Positions 1 through 9,944 are shown, counted from the first letter of the stretch. The stretch is 64,000 nucleotides of DNA from a virus (IMGVR_UViG_3300032138_000524:1-64000); one strand, 5' to 3'. Notes: generated by a model from the letters alone, not told the origin. A program made the numbers and translations.

Positions 1-1
1 A

Positions 2-403
2 TGGACAGAATCCATAAATGAAGATAATATTAAATTTTCCAAAGAAGAAATGGCACAATTACATAAAGATGGTAAAATAGAAAAAGGTGGTCATACAATA
101 GAGTTTGGTGAATCGGTAAATGAATCACCAATGGCACCATTTAGTTCTTCAGAAGCAAAACAACATATTAATCAAGACATTAAAAAGATGTCAAAACATT
201 TAGGTAAAGCATCACAACAATCTATTAAAATTATGATGGATGGTGTAAAGGGTGGTAAATATACCGCAATGGATATTTCAAGAGGTATAAAAGAAGGACC
301 CGCAGGTAGAGCACACTTTGGAGAACTTGGTTTTCTACAACAATTGTGGAACAAAGTTCGTGATGGGTTTAGAAGATACACAAAAGACCGAAAATTAAGT
401 TAA
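2..403 (+). CDS. 3' part of a hypothetical, probably head-associated protein (gene starts before the window)
   Basis: The frame of ORF 50..403 is open back to position 2 (WTESINEDNIKFSKEEM...). It contains ESINE/ESVNE motifs resembling T4-type prohead-protease sites and lies in the head gene cluster. Confidence 0.6.
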   Translation, partial: WTESINEDNIKFSKEEMAQLHKDGKIEKGGHTIEFGESVNESPMAPFSSSEAKQHINQDIKKMSKHLGKASQQSIKIMMDGVKGGKYTAMDISRGIKEGPAGRAHFGELGFLQQLWNKVRDGFRRYTKDRKLS

Positions 404-435
404 TGTATATTTATTAGAGATTAGGAGACAATAAA

Positions 436-1137
436 ATGGCTAAATTAAAAGATTTATTAAGTGAAGATATAACCACAATGGGTGGAGTTATATCTCGGAA
501 TGCATTTTCGGGAATAGATATGGGTTTTAAAACTCAAAAAAATACAACAAGTCTTACTGATATTGTAGAAGATGTTTATGGTCAATCTACCGAAAAAGTA
601 AATGTAAAAGAATTTATGGGTGAAGTTTCTAATTTTAACTCATTTGGGGGTGAAATTTATCGTGAAGGTAATTTAAAAGATTTAGCAGAAAGACTTTCTA
701 AATTAGCAATGACTGCTAAACAACACACTCTTCAAGAAACTGAAGATTGGTTTGATAAAATCACGGTAAATCGTAATATGAAAGAATTAACAAGTCTTTC
801 TAATCAATTTAAGAAAGTAGCGACAGAAGCACAATCATTACAAGAAAGAATGGGTGGTCTATATGAAGATATGGGACACATTCTTGGTCGTTATTATGAA
901 ATCCACGAACCTGGACACGAAGAAGATGAATCTCCAGCTCCTGTAGAGGGTAAATCATACAGAGATGGTGAAGAATTAGAAGCAGACACAGTTCAAGAAG
1001 GTTCTTATGAAGCATTTTTCAAATCAGCACTTGAAAAATGGGGTGTATCTGAACCAGATCAACTTGATGATGAAGAAAAATCAAAATTCTTCAATTATAT
1101 TGATGCAAATTGGAGTGGAGAAAACGAGTCAGATTAA
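436..1137 (+). CDS. Hypothetical coiled-coil protein, probable internal head protein
   Basis: 233 aa, AGGAGA RBS, ATATTTAT motif at 407-414; N-terminus MAKLKDLLSE is shared with ORFs 8866 and 9257. Confidence 0.6.
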   Translation: MAKLKDLLSEDITTMGGVISRNAFSGIDMGFKTQKNTTSLTDIVEDVYGQSTEKVNVKEFMGEVSNFNSFGGEIYREGNLKDLAERLSKLAMTAKQHTLQETEDWFDKITVNRNMKELTSLSNQFKKVATEAQSLQERMGGLYEDMGHILGRYYEIHEPGHEEDESPAPVEGKSYRDGEELEADTVQEGSYEAFFKSALEKWGVSEPDQLDDEEKSKFFNYIDANWSGENESD

Positions 1138-1149
1138 TATGGAGGTTAC

Positions 1150-1413
1150 TTGGAAGTAAAAGTAAAAAAGAATAATGTAGAGTTCGCTCTACGGTTATTA
1201 AAACGAAAAATTAAAGATAGTGGTTTAATGGTAGAGTTGAGAGAAAGACAATACTATAAAAAACCATCACAAAAAAGGTCTGAAGAAAGAAAGTTGGGAA
1301 AGGTTCGTCAATGGATTCGACAACAACAGATGAATCCTGATTGGTGTGGAGAACCACCAACGAGTGGACTTAAAGAAAAAATTAAGAAAGAACGATTACA
1401 ATTTAAAAAGTAA
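1150..1413 (+). CDS. rpsU: Phage-encoded 30S ribosomal protein bS21
   Basis: TTG start after GGAGG; VKVKKNNVEFALRLLKRK...ELRERQYYKKPSQKR is the bS21 signature; has a C-terminal extension. Confidence 0.9.
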   Translation: MEVKVKKNNVEFALRLLKRKIKDSGLMVELRERQYYKKPSQKRSEERKLGKVRQWIRQQQMNPDWCGEPPTSGLKEKIKKERLQFKK

Positions 1414-1569
1414 TGTTTTTTCAATTTGTGTATATTTATATACACAAGAATATGTCATTCAATCGTATATGACATACCGACAATGTAAACCGCATTAAAG
1501 TTCCTAATAACTTTATTAAATCCAATCCAAGTATTTATGCTTGGAGATAAACTCTTATGGAGAAACATA

Positions 1570-2928
1570 ATGGATGATCTTTTAAAAGACGCAATAGCAG
1601 ACGCTAAAGCAGTCAGAGAGACCGCACTTGCAAACGCTAAAATAGCTCTTGAAGAAGCTTTCACTCCCCGTATTCAATCCATGCTTTCAAACAAGATTCA
1701 GAACGAATTAGAAGGTGATGAAGAAGCAGCAGAAGAAGCTCCAGTAGAAGGTGAAGAACCCGAAGCTGAAGAAGAACCTGAGATAGCAGCTGAACCTGAA
1801 ATTGGTGAAGAACCTGCAGCAGAAGGTGAAGAAGATGTAGAAGATATTATCGCAGCACAGGATGAAATTCCTGGCGAAGAAGCTCCTGCAGAAGAACCTA
1901 TCGTTGCACAGGATGAAGTTCCTGGTGATGAATGGTCTGAAGAAGAACCAGCAGCAGAAGAAGCAGTGGAAGAAGAAGGTGTGATTGAAATCAACGGTGT
2001 AAAATATGCACCAGTCGTTTCTGAAGAAGAAGATGAAGAAGCTGAAGCTCCTGTTGCAGAACAGGAAGATGAAGCAACTGAAGAAGAACTTGATCTTGAA
2101 GCAATCCTTAAAGAACTCGAAGAAGAAGCTGATGATAGTGAAATCTCAGAGGAATATGAGGAAGGTGAAGTAGGTGATGGTCTTGATTCGTCAGAAGCTG
2201 AAACAGCTGATGAAGCTGAATTAGCAGAGAACGATGTATCTTCTGATATTGGTGATGGTGACAACAAAGTCGCTGATGACGCAGCAGATTCGTCTGATAT
2301 CGGTCAAGGTTCGGAAGAACCAGCAGCCGCAGACGCACCCGCAGCAGGTCATGAAAACGCCGAAGATGAAGAAGTTGATGATTTAGTTGAAGTCAATGGA
2401 GTAACATACTCTAAAGTTCAAGAAGAAGAAGGTGATGATGACGTTGCCGAATCTACTGAAACTGAAGAAGATATTGACCTTGAAGAAATCTTGAAAGCAC
2501 TTTCAGAACAAGATGATGAAGAAGCAGAGAAATCTGAAGCGAAAGTATCTGAACTTACTTCTGATCTTGATGAACATCGCAAAGTAGTGAAGTATCTACG
2601 AGGAAAGTTGAATGAAGTTAATTTATTGAACGCAAAACTATTGTTTACTAACAAATTATTCCGTGCACACGGTTTAACTAATGAACAGAAGTTGAAAGTC
2701 GTAGAAACCTTTGACAGAGCTAAGAACCTTAGAGAAGTTAAGTTGGTATTTTCCACCTTGGCAGAATCTTTTGGTAGCAAAACGGCAAGTCCGTCTAAAC
2801 CAATTAAAGAGAGTAAAGGCCAAGCTTCTAAAGCAGTAGCTTCTACCAAACCTAAATCAGCACCGAAGGTGATTGAAGAAGGATTTGATATGAAACAACG
2901 CTTCCAGAAGTTAGCTAATATTCTATAA
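1570..2928 (+). CDS. Prohead core/scaffolding protein
   Basis: Very acidic middle region; N-terminus DLLKDAIADAKAVRETALANAKIALEEAF and C-terminus EVNLLNAKLLFTNKLF...RFQKLANI; directly upstream of the major capsid gene. ATG 1570 has a GGAGA RBS. Confidence 0.8.
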   Translation: MDDLLKDAIADAKAVRETALANAKIALEEAFTPRIQSMLSNKIQNELEGDEEAAEEAPVEGEEPEAEEEPEIAAEPEIGEEPAAEGEEDVEDIIAAQDEIPGEEAPAEEPIVAQDEVPGDEWSEEEPAAEEAVEEEGVIEINGVKYAPVVSEEEDEEAEAPVAEQEDEATEEELDLEAILKELEEEADDSEISEEYEEGEVGDGLDSSEAETADEAELAENDVSSDIGDGDNKVADDAADSSDIGQGSEEPAAADAPAAGHENAEDEEVDDLVEVNGVTYSKVQEEEGDDDVAESTETEEDIDLEEILKALSEQDDEEAEKSEAKVSELTSDLDEHRKVVKYLRGKLNEVNLLNAKLLFTNKLFRAHGLTNEQKLKVVETFDRAKNLREVKLVFSTLAESFGSKTASPSKPIKESKGQASKAVASTKPKSAPKVIEEGFDMKQRFQKLANIL

Positions 2929-2967
2929 CAATTAACAAAAATCTTAACGATTTTTTGGAGAAAAAAA

Positions 2968-4584
2968 ATGGCAGATAATTTACAATCCATCGAACAACTG
3001 ATGGATAGCTATGATTCCAACCGTAGTCGTTTAGCCGAAACCCAAAAGTTAGTCAGTAAGTGGGAGCCTACTGGTTTACTTGAAGGTCTTGAAAGAGATA
3101 ATGAAGTTCACGGAATGGCAGTTCTTTTAGAAAACCAAGCACGCCAGCTTATTGACGAAAGTTCAAAAACTGGTACTGCTTCGAATTCTGAAGAGTGGTC
3201 AGGTGTTGCTTTACCATTGGTTCGTAGAATCTTTGGTGAATTGGCAGCACAAGATTTCGTCAGCGTACAGCCGATGAATCTACCAAGTGGTCTGATTTTC
3301 TATCTTGACTTCAAATATGGAACGGTTCAATCTGGACAACATACAAAAGGGTTTGATATTCATGGTAACACTTCCGCTTCTAACGCAGACGCAAGTGGTG
3401 GTCTTTATGGAGCTGGTAAATTTGGATATTCGGTGAATGACCAAGAAACTGGCACTATAGCACCAACCGCAGCTTCTGCTTCTTGGAAAGAAGTAGAATT
3501 CGAACCTTCATTGAGTTCGTCAATTGCAACAACAGCCGCAGATCAGGTTGTTAAACTTACTATCGCAAGAAGTAATTTTACAAGACCAGATGTTGAAGGT
3601 TGTCGTGCATTTGCAGTAAGTGGTTCTGATGTTTCCGCACATTATCCAGCATATACATCTTATGATGCTACCAACTTTTACTTTTATGTAAAATCTACTA
3701 ATGGTACGCTCGCAGGTGGTGTTGGAGTAAAGTATCATCAGCAACCATTAGATACATCTCGTGGTGATTTTGAACAATCTACGTTCACTACACCATCCCC
3801 GAATTCAGCAGATGATGTTGATATTCCTGAGATTGACATTCAGTTACGTTCAGTTAGTATAGTTGCGAAAACTCGTAAGCTTAAAGCTATCTGGACTCCT
3901 GAGTTAGCTCAAGACCTTAACGCTTATCATAGTGTTGATGCAGAAGCAGAACTTACTTCTATGTTGAGTGAGTACATTTCAATGGAAATTGATTTGGAAA
4001 TCCTTGATATGTTGAAGTTAAACGCTAATGCTAAGACCGAATATTGGTCAGCAAAAACTGGTTTTGAGTATGATTCCGCAAATACCGTATTTAGTGAAGT
4101 GAGTGGTAATTCCAACGCTTACACTAAGGGTGAGTGGTTCCAGACTCTTGGAAACAAACTACAGTCAGTATCTAACACGATACATCAGAAAACTCTACGT
4201 GGTGGAGCTAACTTCATGGTGATTTCACCTGAAACAGCAACTATCATAGAAAGTATCCCTGGATACGCAGCAGATTCTGATGGTGATTCAGCTAATACAT
4301 CCTACGCAATGGGTGTTCAAAAAGTTGGTGCATTGAATAACAGATATACGGTTTATAAAAACCCATATATGTTAGAAAATGACATCTTAATGGGTTTCAG
4401 AGGAAGTAATTTCCTTGAAACTGGAGCTGTTTACGCACCGTATGTACCGTTAATCATGACTCCTCTTGTTTACGATCCTGTTAATTTCACTCCTCGTAAG
4501 GGTGTAATGACAAGATACGCGAAGAAGATGGTTCGTCCTGAATTCTACGGTAAAGTCATCGTCGCAGATGTCAACTACGTTTAA
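2968..4584 (+). CDS. Major capsid protein (T4 gp23-like)
   Basis: Motifs LPLVRR, VSVQPM, AKTRKLKAIWTPELAQDLNAYH, DAEAELT, YAPYVPL, FTPRKGVMTRY. Confidence 0.97.
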   Translation: MADNLQSIEQLMDSYDSNRSRLAETQKLVSKWEPTGLLEGLERDNEVHGMAVLLENQARQLIDESSKTGTASNSEEWSGVALPLVRRIFGELAAQDFVSVQPMNLPSGLIFYLDFKYGTVQSGQHTKGFDIHGNTSASNADASGGLYGAGKFGYSVNDQETGTIAPTAASASWKEVEFEPSLSSSIATTAADQVVKLTIARSNFTRPDVEGCRAFAVSGSDVSAHYPAYTSYDATNFYFYVKSTNGTLAGGVGVKYHQQPLDTSRGDFEQSTFTTPSPNSADDVDIPEIDIQLRSVSIVAKTRKLKAIWTPELAQDLNAYHSVDAEAELTSMLSEYISMEIDLEILDMLKLNANAKTEYWSAKTGFEYDSANTVFSEVSGNSNAYTKGEWFQTLGNKLQSVSNTIHQKTLRGGANFMVISPETATIIESIPGYAADSDGDSANTSYAMGVQKVGALNNRYTVYKNPYMLENDILMGFRGSNFLETGAVYAPYVPLIMTPLVYDPVNFTPRKGVMTRYAKKMVRPEFYGKVIVADVNYV

Positions 4585-4613
4585 TTCATAGTAATTAAAT
4601 AGATCAAATAAAG

Positions 4614-4640
4614 AAGGGGAGTATTAAACTCCCCTTTTTT
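4614..4640 (+). terminator. Intrinsic terminator after the major capsid gene
   Basis: AAGGGGAGT-attaa-ACTCCCCTT followed by a T run. Confidence 0.85.
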
Positions 4641-4694
4641 ATTGCCGTTATATTTATAGTTGAGTAATAATATCTTTTTTAAGGAGATCACAAT

Positions 4695-5843
4695 ATGGAA
4701 GCTATATGGCCAGGAAGTGGTTCAGCGGTAAGTGGAAATACACCTTTTGGGTTGTATGATAATGATTCCACATTTCAATCAGATGCACCAAAATTTGCTA
4801 ATTGGTCAGCCAAAAGACTTGGTTATCCAATTATGGCAATAGAACTACAAGACTCACAATTTTATACTTGTTTTGAAGAAGCAATTACTGAATATTCAGC
4901 ACAAGTTAATCAATTCAATATTAGAGAAAATTTATTGTCCTTACGTGGACAAGCAACGGGTTCAAATGTTACCCATAAACGAGTAACACCAAATTTTGCA
5001 GATGCAATTAGAGTTTCAGAACAATATGGTACTGAGGCAGGAGTTGGTGGAACAATAGACTACAAAAGTGGTTCTATTAGTGTTAATAGTGGTTCTCAGG
5101 TATATGATTTAAATGTATTATTGGCAGATGTTTCTGAAAGTGGAGCTGCTATAGAGATTCGTAAGGTCTATTATGAAGCAACACCAGCAATTCAAAGATA
5201 TTTTGATCCATACGCAGGAACAGGAGCAGGTTCTTATAATATGATGGATGGTTTTGGTTGGGGGAATATGACACCAGCAGTTCAATTTATGATGATGCCA
5301 ATGTACGCAGACCTTTTGAGAATACAAGCAATTGAATTTAATGATCAAATGAGGAAATCGGCACATACATTTGAATTGAGAAACAATAAACTTAGAATTT
5401 TTCCAAATCCAACAACAAATTATAAATTATGGGTTGAATATCTCAGAAAATCAGATAGAGATAATCCATTACAGACTGCATATGGAGAAACTTCTAATGT
5501 AGTATCAGACTATTCCAATGTACCATATAATAATATGGAATATCAATATATTAATGATGTTGGAAAACAATGGGTTAGAAAATATGGACTTGCATTAAGT
5601 AAAGAATTACTTGGAATGATTAGAAGTAAGTATGGTTCTATTCCAGTTCCAAACGCAGAAACTACTCTTGATGGAGATACATTAAGAGGGGAGGCACAGA
5701 CGGAAAAGGAGTTTCTCGTTACACAATTAAGAGAAAATCTTGAAGCATCAAGTAGAAAATTAATGTTAGAGGCGGATAGTGAAGAAGCAACGAGATTACA
5801 AGAGAAATTACAAAAAGTTCCTTTACCAATTTATATAGGATAA
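4695..5843 (+). CDS. Neck/head-tail adaptor protein (gp13-like)
   Basis: KRLGYPIMAIEL N-terminal motif and WVRKYGLALSKELLGMIRSKY...PVP...TLDG C-terminal motif; follows the major capsid gene. Confidence 0.75.
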   Translation: MEAIWPGSGSAVSGNTPFGLYDNDSTFQSDAPKFANWSAKRLGYPIMAIELQDSQFYTCFEEAITEYSAQVNQFNIRENLLSLRGQATGSNVTHKRVTPNFADAIRVSEQYGTEAGVGGTIDYKSGSISVNSGSQVYDLNVLLADVSESGAAIEIRKVYYEATPAIQRYFDPYAGTGAGSYNMMDGFGWGNMTPAVQFMMMPMYADLLRIQAIEFNDQMRKSAHTFELRNNKLRIFPNPTTNYKLWVEYLRKSDRDNPLQTAYGETSNVVSDYSNVPYNNMEYQYINDVGKQWVRKYGLALSKELLGMIRSKYGSIPVPNAETTLDGDTLRGEAQTEKEFLVTQLRENLEASSRKLMLEADSEEATRLQEKLQKVPLPIYIG

Positions 5844-5847
5844 TATT

Positions 5848-6333
5848 ATGGCAGGAAGATTTTTACCACAGAGGGATTTAAATGTCTTTGAACGGGTAAA
5901 TAAAGAACTTATTGGTGATCTAAAGACAGGTAAAGATGGAATAATCAATCAACAAGTAGTTCTTTATAAAGTATCAGTTCAAGATACACAAACAAATATG
6001 TATGGTGAAGCCGCAGGTGGCAAAAGATGGAAAGATGGTGTAAAATTTGCTTGTTTAGTAGATGCGGCAGATTTCGATTGGAATACTGATGAATTTGGTC
6101 CCGATGAACAACAAAACGCAACATTTAATATATTACGACAAACCTTGATTGATTTATCATTGGTTCCAGAAATTGGTGATGTGTTTGAATGGAATTGGGC
6201 ATATTTTGAAATTGAATCTATTAATGAAAATCAACTTGTAGGGGGACAACAAGATAATAATTGGACTGTAAGTTGTAATACATTCAGAGTTAGATTTTCT
6301 AATCTTAATATTGAACGCATACGGAGTATCTAA
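5848..6333 (+). CDS. Head closure/neck protein (gp14-like)
   Basis: TNMYGEA and PEIGDVFEWNWAYFEI motifs; gene order. Confidence 0.6.
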   Translation: MAGRFLPQRDLNVFERVNKELIGDLKTGKDGIINQQVVLYKVSVQDTQTNMYGEAAGGKRWKDGVKFACLVDAADFDWNTDEFGPDEQQNATFNILRQTLIDLSLVPEIGDVFEWNWAYFEIESINENQLVGGQQDNNWTVSCNTFRVRFSNLNIERIRSI

Positions 6334-8021
6334 TGGCTAGAAAAAAACCATTACCACGAAGTCAAAGAAAAGTTATAAATAGAGCACTTCAACGAAAACG
6401 AACAGATGAAATACAAGATATATCTGTAAGTTTAATGGACATGGATAGTGCAATTATGTTCTATTTTGAAAATGTTATTAAACCTACGGTTGTTGAAAAT
6501 GGTGAAACTGTAAAAGTTCCTATAATGTATTCTTCTCCAGAAAGATGGGCCGCAATTCAAAAAACTGGTTTTATGAGAGATTCTAAAAGACAAATTATAT
6601 TACCTGTTGTAGCGTTCAGACGGACTGGAATGGAAAAGGATGATACGATATCGGTTGATAAAATGGATCCTGAAGAACCAAAACTTCATTATTCTTTTGA
6701 AAGAAAATATAATGCAAATAATAGATATGATAATTTTTCTGTTCAACAAGGGTTAATACCACAAAAAGAATATTATAATGTTGCAATGCCAGATTATATG
6801 GTATTGAGTTATGATTTTATTGTTTGGACTCATTATATTGAACAAATGAACAAATTAATTGAGAGGATTAATTGGTCAGCAGGTTCGTATTGGGGTGAAC
6901 CGAATAGAATGAGATTTAGAACTAATATTGATAGTTATTCAGATGCTACAGAAGTGGCCGATAAAGAAAGATTAATAAGAACAGAATTTAGTGTTACATT
7001 AAAGGGATATTTGATACCAGAGGCATTTAATGAGTTAGCCGGACCACATACAGCAGGAACTCACTTAACTCCTAAACGTGTTATCGTAGGAACAGAAACT
7101 TCTGCAGATGTAGAGACTATGATGGATCAAATAGGTGCCGGATCAACCTTATCTGCAGCCGCAGCAACAGTTGGATCAAGTCCAGCTCAAAGTATTACTT
7201 TAGCAAATTCATTTTCATTAACATCTGGTTTAGGAATAACACTTACAAATGAGGGAGACGCTTTCGATGGTTCTTCTGATGTATCACATACAATTGCAAT
7301 TCCACAAGAAGTTGCAACGACATCAAATGTTCAGTTTAACGCTGTAACTTCTTCTGCATTATTATTAGGTGATAATACTATAACGAGTGGAGGGGTAAAT
7401 GGTAATTGGTCTGTTACGGGCTCATTAACGACAAATGGTAATTTAACAGTAGATGGAAACACTACAATAGGTGGAACTTTAACAGCACAAGAATTTCATA
7501 CAGAATTTGTATCAGCATCAATTATGTTTTCAAGTGGTTCTACTCAATTTGGAAATAATCTTGTAGATACACATTATTTTACAGGAAGTATGTATGTTAG
7601 TGGTTCATGGACTATAAATGGATATAGTGTAAATGAAATTTCTAACGATACTTCCTTAACTGATAATAGTTCAACTGCATTAGTAACTGAAAGGGCAGTA
7701 AAACAATATGTAGATACTACTGCAACAGATGTTGGTGGTTTTTCAACTTATTTGAGAAAACAATATGTAAAAATATCTACAACCTTAGTCAATAGTGCAA
7801 CAGCAAGCTTTACTGCAGTAACAGCATCTGCTCCAGATGGGTTAACATCCACAACCGAACACGATTTTTTATTTTTTATTAATGGTCAATATATGGAACA
7901 TGATGCTATAGCAATTCAACAAGCTTCATCAACTTTTTATCTTAAAGTAGATACAGATTCTATTGGGTATGAACTTGAAAGTGATGATGAGATATTGGGT
8001 TGGGGTAAATTTAATTCATAG
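6333..8021 (+). CDS. Tail terminator/completion protein (gp15-like N-terminus) fused to a Ser/Gly/Thr-rich C-terminal region
   Basis: KVPIMYSSPERW and YDFIVWTHYIEQMNKLIERI are gp15-like; the C-terminal half is paralogous to ORF 8031 (both end WGKFN). Confidence 0.65.
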   Translation: MARKKPLPRSQRKVINRALQRKRTDEIQDISVSLMDMDSAIMFYFENVIKPTVVENGETVKVPIMYSSPERWAAIQKTGFMRDSKRQIILPVVAFRRTGMEKDDTISVDKMDPEEPKLHYSFERKYNANNRYDNFSVQQGLIPQKEYYNVAMPDYMVLSYDFIVWTHYIEQMNKLIERINWSAGSYWGEPNRMRFRTNIDSYSDATEVADKERLIRTEFSVTLKGYLIPEAFNELAGPHTAGTHLTPKRVIVGTETSADVETMMDQIGAGSTLSAAAATVGSSPAQSITLANSFSLTSGLGITLTNEGDAFDGSSDVSHTIAIPQEVATTSNVQFNAVTSSALLLGDNTITSGGVNGNWSVTGSLTTNGNLTVDGNTTIGGTLTAQEFHTEFVSASIMFSSGSTQFGNNLVDTHYFTGSMYVSGSWTINGYSVNEISNDTSLTDNSSTALVTERAVKQYVDTTATDVGGFSTYLRKQYVKISTTLVNSATASFTAVTASAPDGLTSTTEHDFLFFINGQYMEHDAIAIQQASSTFYLKVDTDSIGYELESDDEILGWGKFNS

Positions 8022-8030
8022 GAATAGATA

Positions 8031-8873
8031 GTGGCTACGACAACAAAACAAAAATTGACATTAACTTCAGATGAGGGGGTAACATTATCCAATAGTGGAT
8101 TGGGATTTGATGGTTCACAACCTATTAATCAAAATATAACCGTTGGAAATGATATAAGAACAACTGGTAAAGTTGAGTTTAATGCAGTAACAGCAAGTGT
8201 AGGATATGACCTTAGTGGTTTTACTTTAAAGGCAGACAGATGGGAATCTAATTTTTCTGCAGGTGGTAACTTAAAAATTACTGGAAATTTAACAATACCT
8301 GGAAATGCATCAGTTGGTGTGAGTGTTACTGCAGAAAAAATTACTTCAGAATTAACTTCTTCTGGAACAATATTTCAGAGTGGTTCTACATCATTTGGTG
8401 ACACATCCGATGACACTCATTATTTTACTGGAAGTATTTATCAAAGTGGATCATTTTCTTTATCTGGATATAGTGTAAATGAAATATCAAATGATACAAC
8501 TTTTACAGATAACAGTTCTACTGCGTTAGCAACTGAAAGTGCTTCAAAAGCATATACGGATGTTGAATTAGGTTCAAGTGGTGAACCTACTACTACTGAT
8601 TCATACATAAGAAAAAGTTATAATAAAACTGCCTCGTCTGTTTCTAATAATACGGCCAGTTTTACAGCAGTTACGGCATCGGCACCTGGAAGTGTAACAG
8701 CAACAAGCGAAGCAGATTATTTATTTTTTAATAATGGACAAGTAATGGAACATGACGCGTTACAAATACAACAAAGTGGTTCAACTTTTATGTTGATAGT
8801 GAATCCGAGTACTATAGGATATAATTTAGAAAATAGTGATGAAATAAAAGCGTGGGGTAAATTTAATGCTTAA
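8031..8873 (+). CDS. Virion structural protein, paralogue of the C-terminal half of ORF 6333
   Basis: Shared SGSTxFG..DTHYFTGS, YSVNEISNDT..TDNSSTAL, ASFTAVTASAP, NGQxMEHDA, DEIxxWGKFN. Confidence 0.65.
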   Translation: MATTTKQKLTLTSDEGVTLSNSGLGFDGSQPINQNITVGNDIRTTGKVEFNAVTASVGYDLSGFTLKADRWESNFSAGGNLKITGNLTIPGNASVGVSVTAEKITSELTSSGTIFQSGSTSFGDTSDDTHYFTGSIYQSGSFSLSGYSVNEISNDTTFTDNSSTALATESASKAYTDVELGSSGEPTTTDSYIRKSYNKTASSVSNNTASFTAVTASAPGSVTATSEADYLFFNNGQVMEHDALQIQQSGSTFMLIVNPSTIGYNLENSDEIKAWGKFNA

Positions 8874-9264
8874 ACTTAAAGATTTATTATTTGAAGGACA
8901 TAATGATTCTGATGATACTGGTGGAGTTTTATATTATTGTAATGATAAAGTATTATTGTGTTTAGGTTCACGCTCAGGTGAGTGGAATATACCTAAAGGA
9001 CATATACAAATTGGAGAAGAACCATTGGCTGGTTCAGTTAGAGAATTTACAGAAGAAACACAAATAGTATTAAATGGTATTCCAGAATTAGATAGTGTTC
9101 ATAAGAAAGATAATGGTGGAGAGTTCTATTTATATGTATTAAAGGGAACAAGAAAATTTATTCCAAGAATAAATCATGAACATACAGATTGGGGATATTT
9201 TGACGTTACTGATTTACCGAGTCCAATAAAAGATTGGGTTAAGGAGACTATTGAGAATGATTAA
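8866..9264 (+). CDS. NUDIX hydrolase
   Basis: Nudix box GHIQIGEEPLAGSVREFTEET; N-terminus MLKLKDLLFE. Confidence 0.85.
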   Translation: MLKLKDLLFEGHNDSDDTGGVLYYCNDKVLLCLGSRSGEWNIPKGHIQIGEEPLAGSVREFTEETQIVLNGIPELDSVHKKDNGGEFYLYVLKGTRKFIPRINHEHTDWGYFDVTDLPSPIKDWVKETIEND

Positions 9265-9595
9265 ATTAAAAGAATTATTAAAAGAATGGACAGATACTTC
9301 ATTTAAAGATTTACCAAAAAGGTGGTCTAAACCCGTGATGACTTTTAATGAACCAGATGGTCTTACCGAATTTGAACGATTGGGTGGCAAGGATAATGTT
9401 AGTCTTGACGAAAAGATGAGTGATGAAAAAAGAGCGTTTCTAATGTTAAGAATTTATGGAGATAGTTGGAAAATTAATCTCGGAAAAGTTTTTTCAGGAA
9501 TTAATAAAGGTAAACCTACTTTGATTAAAAAAGGATTAAAAGAAATAAAAATTCTTAATAAAAAAATTGAAGAAATGATTGAAGATTTGATTTAA
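9257..9595 (+). CDS. Hypothetical protein, probable internal head protein
   Basis: AAGGAG RBS; from ATG 9257 it reads MIKLKELLKE, the same N-terminal motif as ORFs 436 and 8866. Confidence 0.55.
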   Translation: MIKLKELLKEWTDTSFKDLPKRWSKPVMTFNEPDGLTEFERLGGKDNVSLDEKMSDEKRAFLMLRIYGDSWKINLGKVFSGINKGKPTLIKKGLKEIKILNKKIEEMIEDLI

Positions 9596-9650
9596 TTTAT
9601 AAAAATGTATATATCCACTTTTCTTTTACTATTACCTGATATTTATTAGT

Positions 9651-9944
9651 ATGAGAAAAAGACATTGGAGAAATAGAAAAAACAGAAAGTGTCCAGATTG
9701 TAATAGAATAATCTATTACACTCGTAAAGACACTTTTGACCGTGCAGTAGGAAATAATGCTGTATGTAAGTCTTGTGCACAAACAGATAGAAAACTTACT
9801 ATGGAAACCATTGAAAAAATGAAACAACCAAAGAGTAATAAACACAAGAAAAATATTTCACAAGGTATGACTTTGTATTGGCAAGAAAGAAAAGAACAAG
9901 AAGCACTAAAATATAAGGAATTTAAATGGCTTACATCGGATTAA
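9651..9944 (+). CDS. Small basic Zn-ribbon/NUMOD3-like DNA-binding protein
   Basis: CPDC...CKSC followed by ETIEKMKQPKSNKHKKNIS (NUMOD3-like); no nuclease domain visible; ATATTTAT at 9639. Confidence 0.5.
   Translation: MRKRHWRNRKNRKCPDCNRIIYYTRKDTFDRAVGNNAVCKSCAQTDRKLTMETIEKMKQPKSNKHKKNISQGMTLYWQERKEQEALKYKEFKWLTSD

Noticed and set aside
1698-2990. Long minus-strand Ser-rich ORFs opposite the scaffold gene
   Set aside because: Antisense shadows of GAA/GAT-rich codons; no RBS or recognisable motifs.
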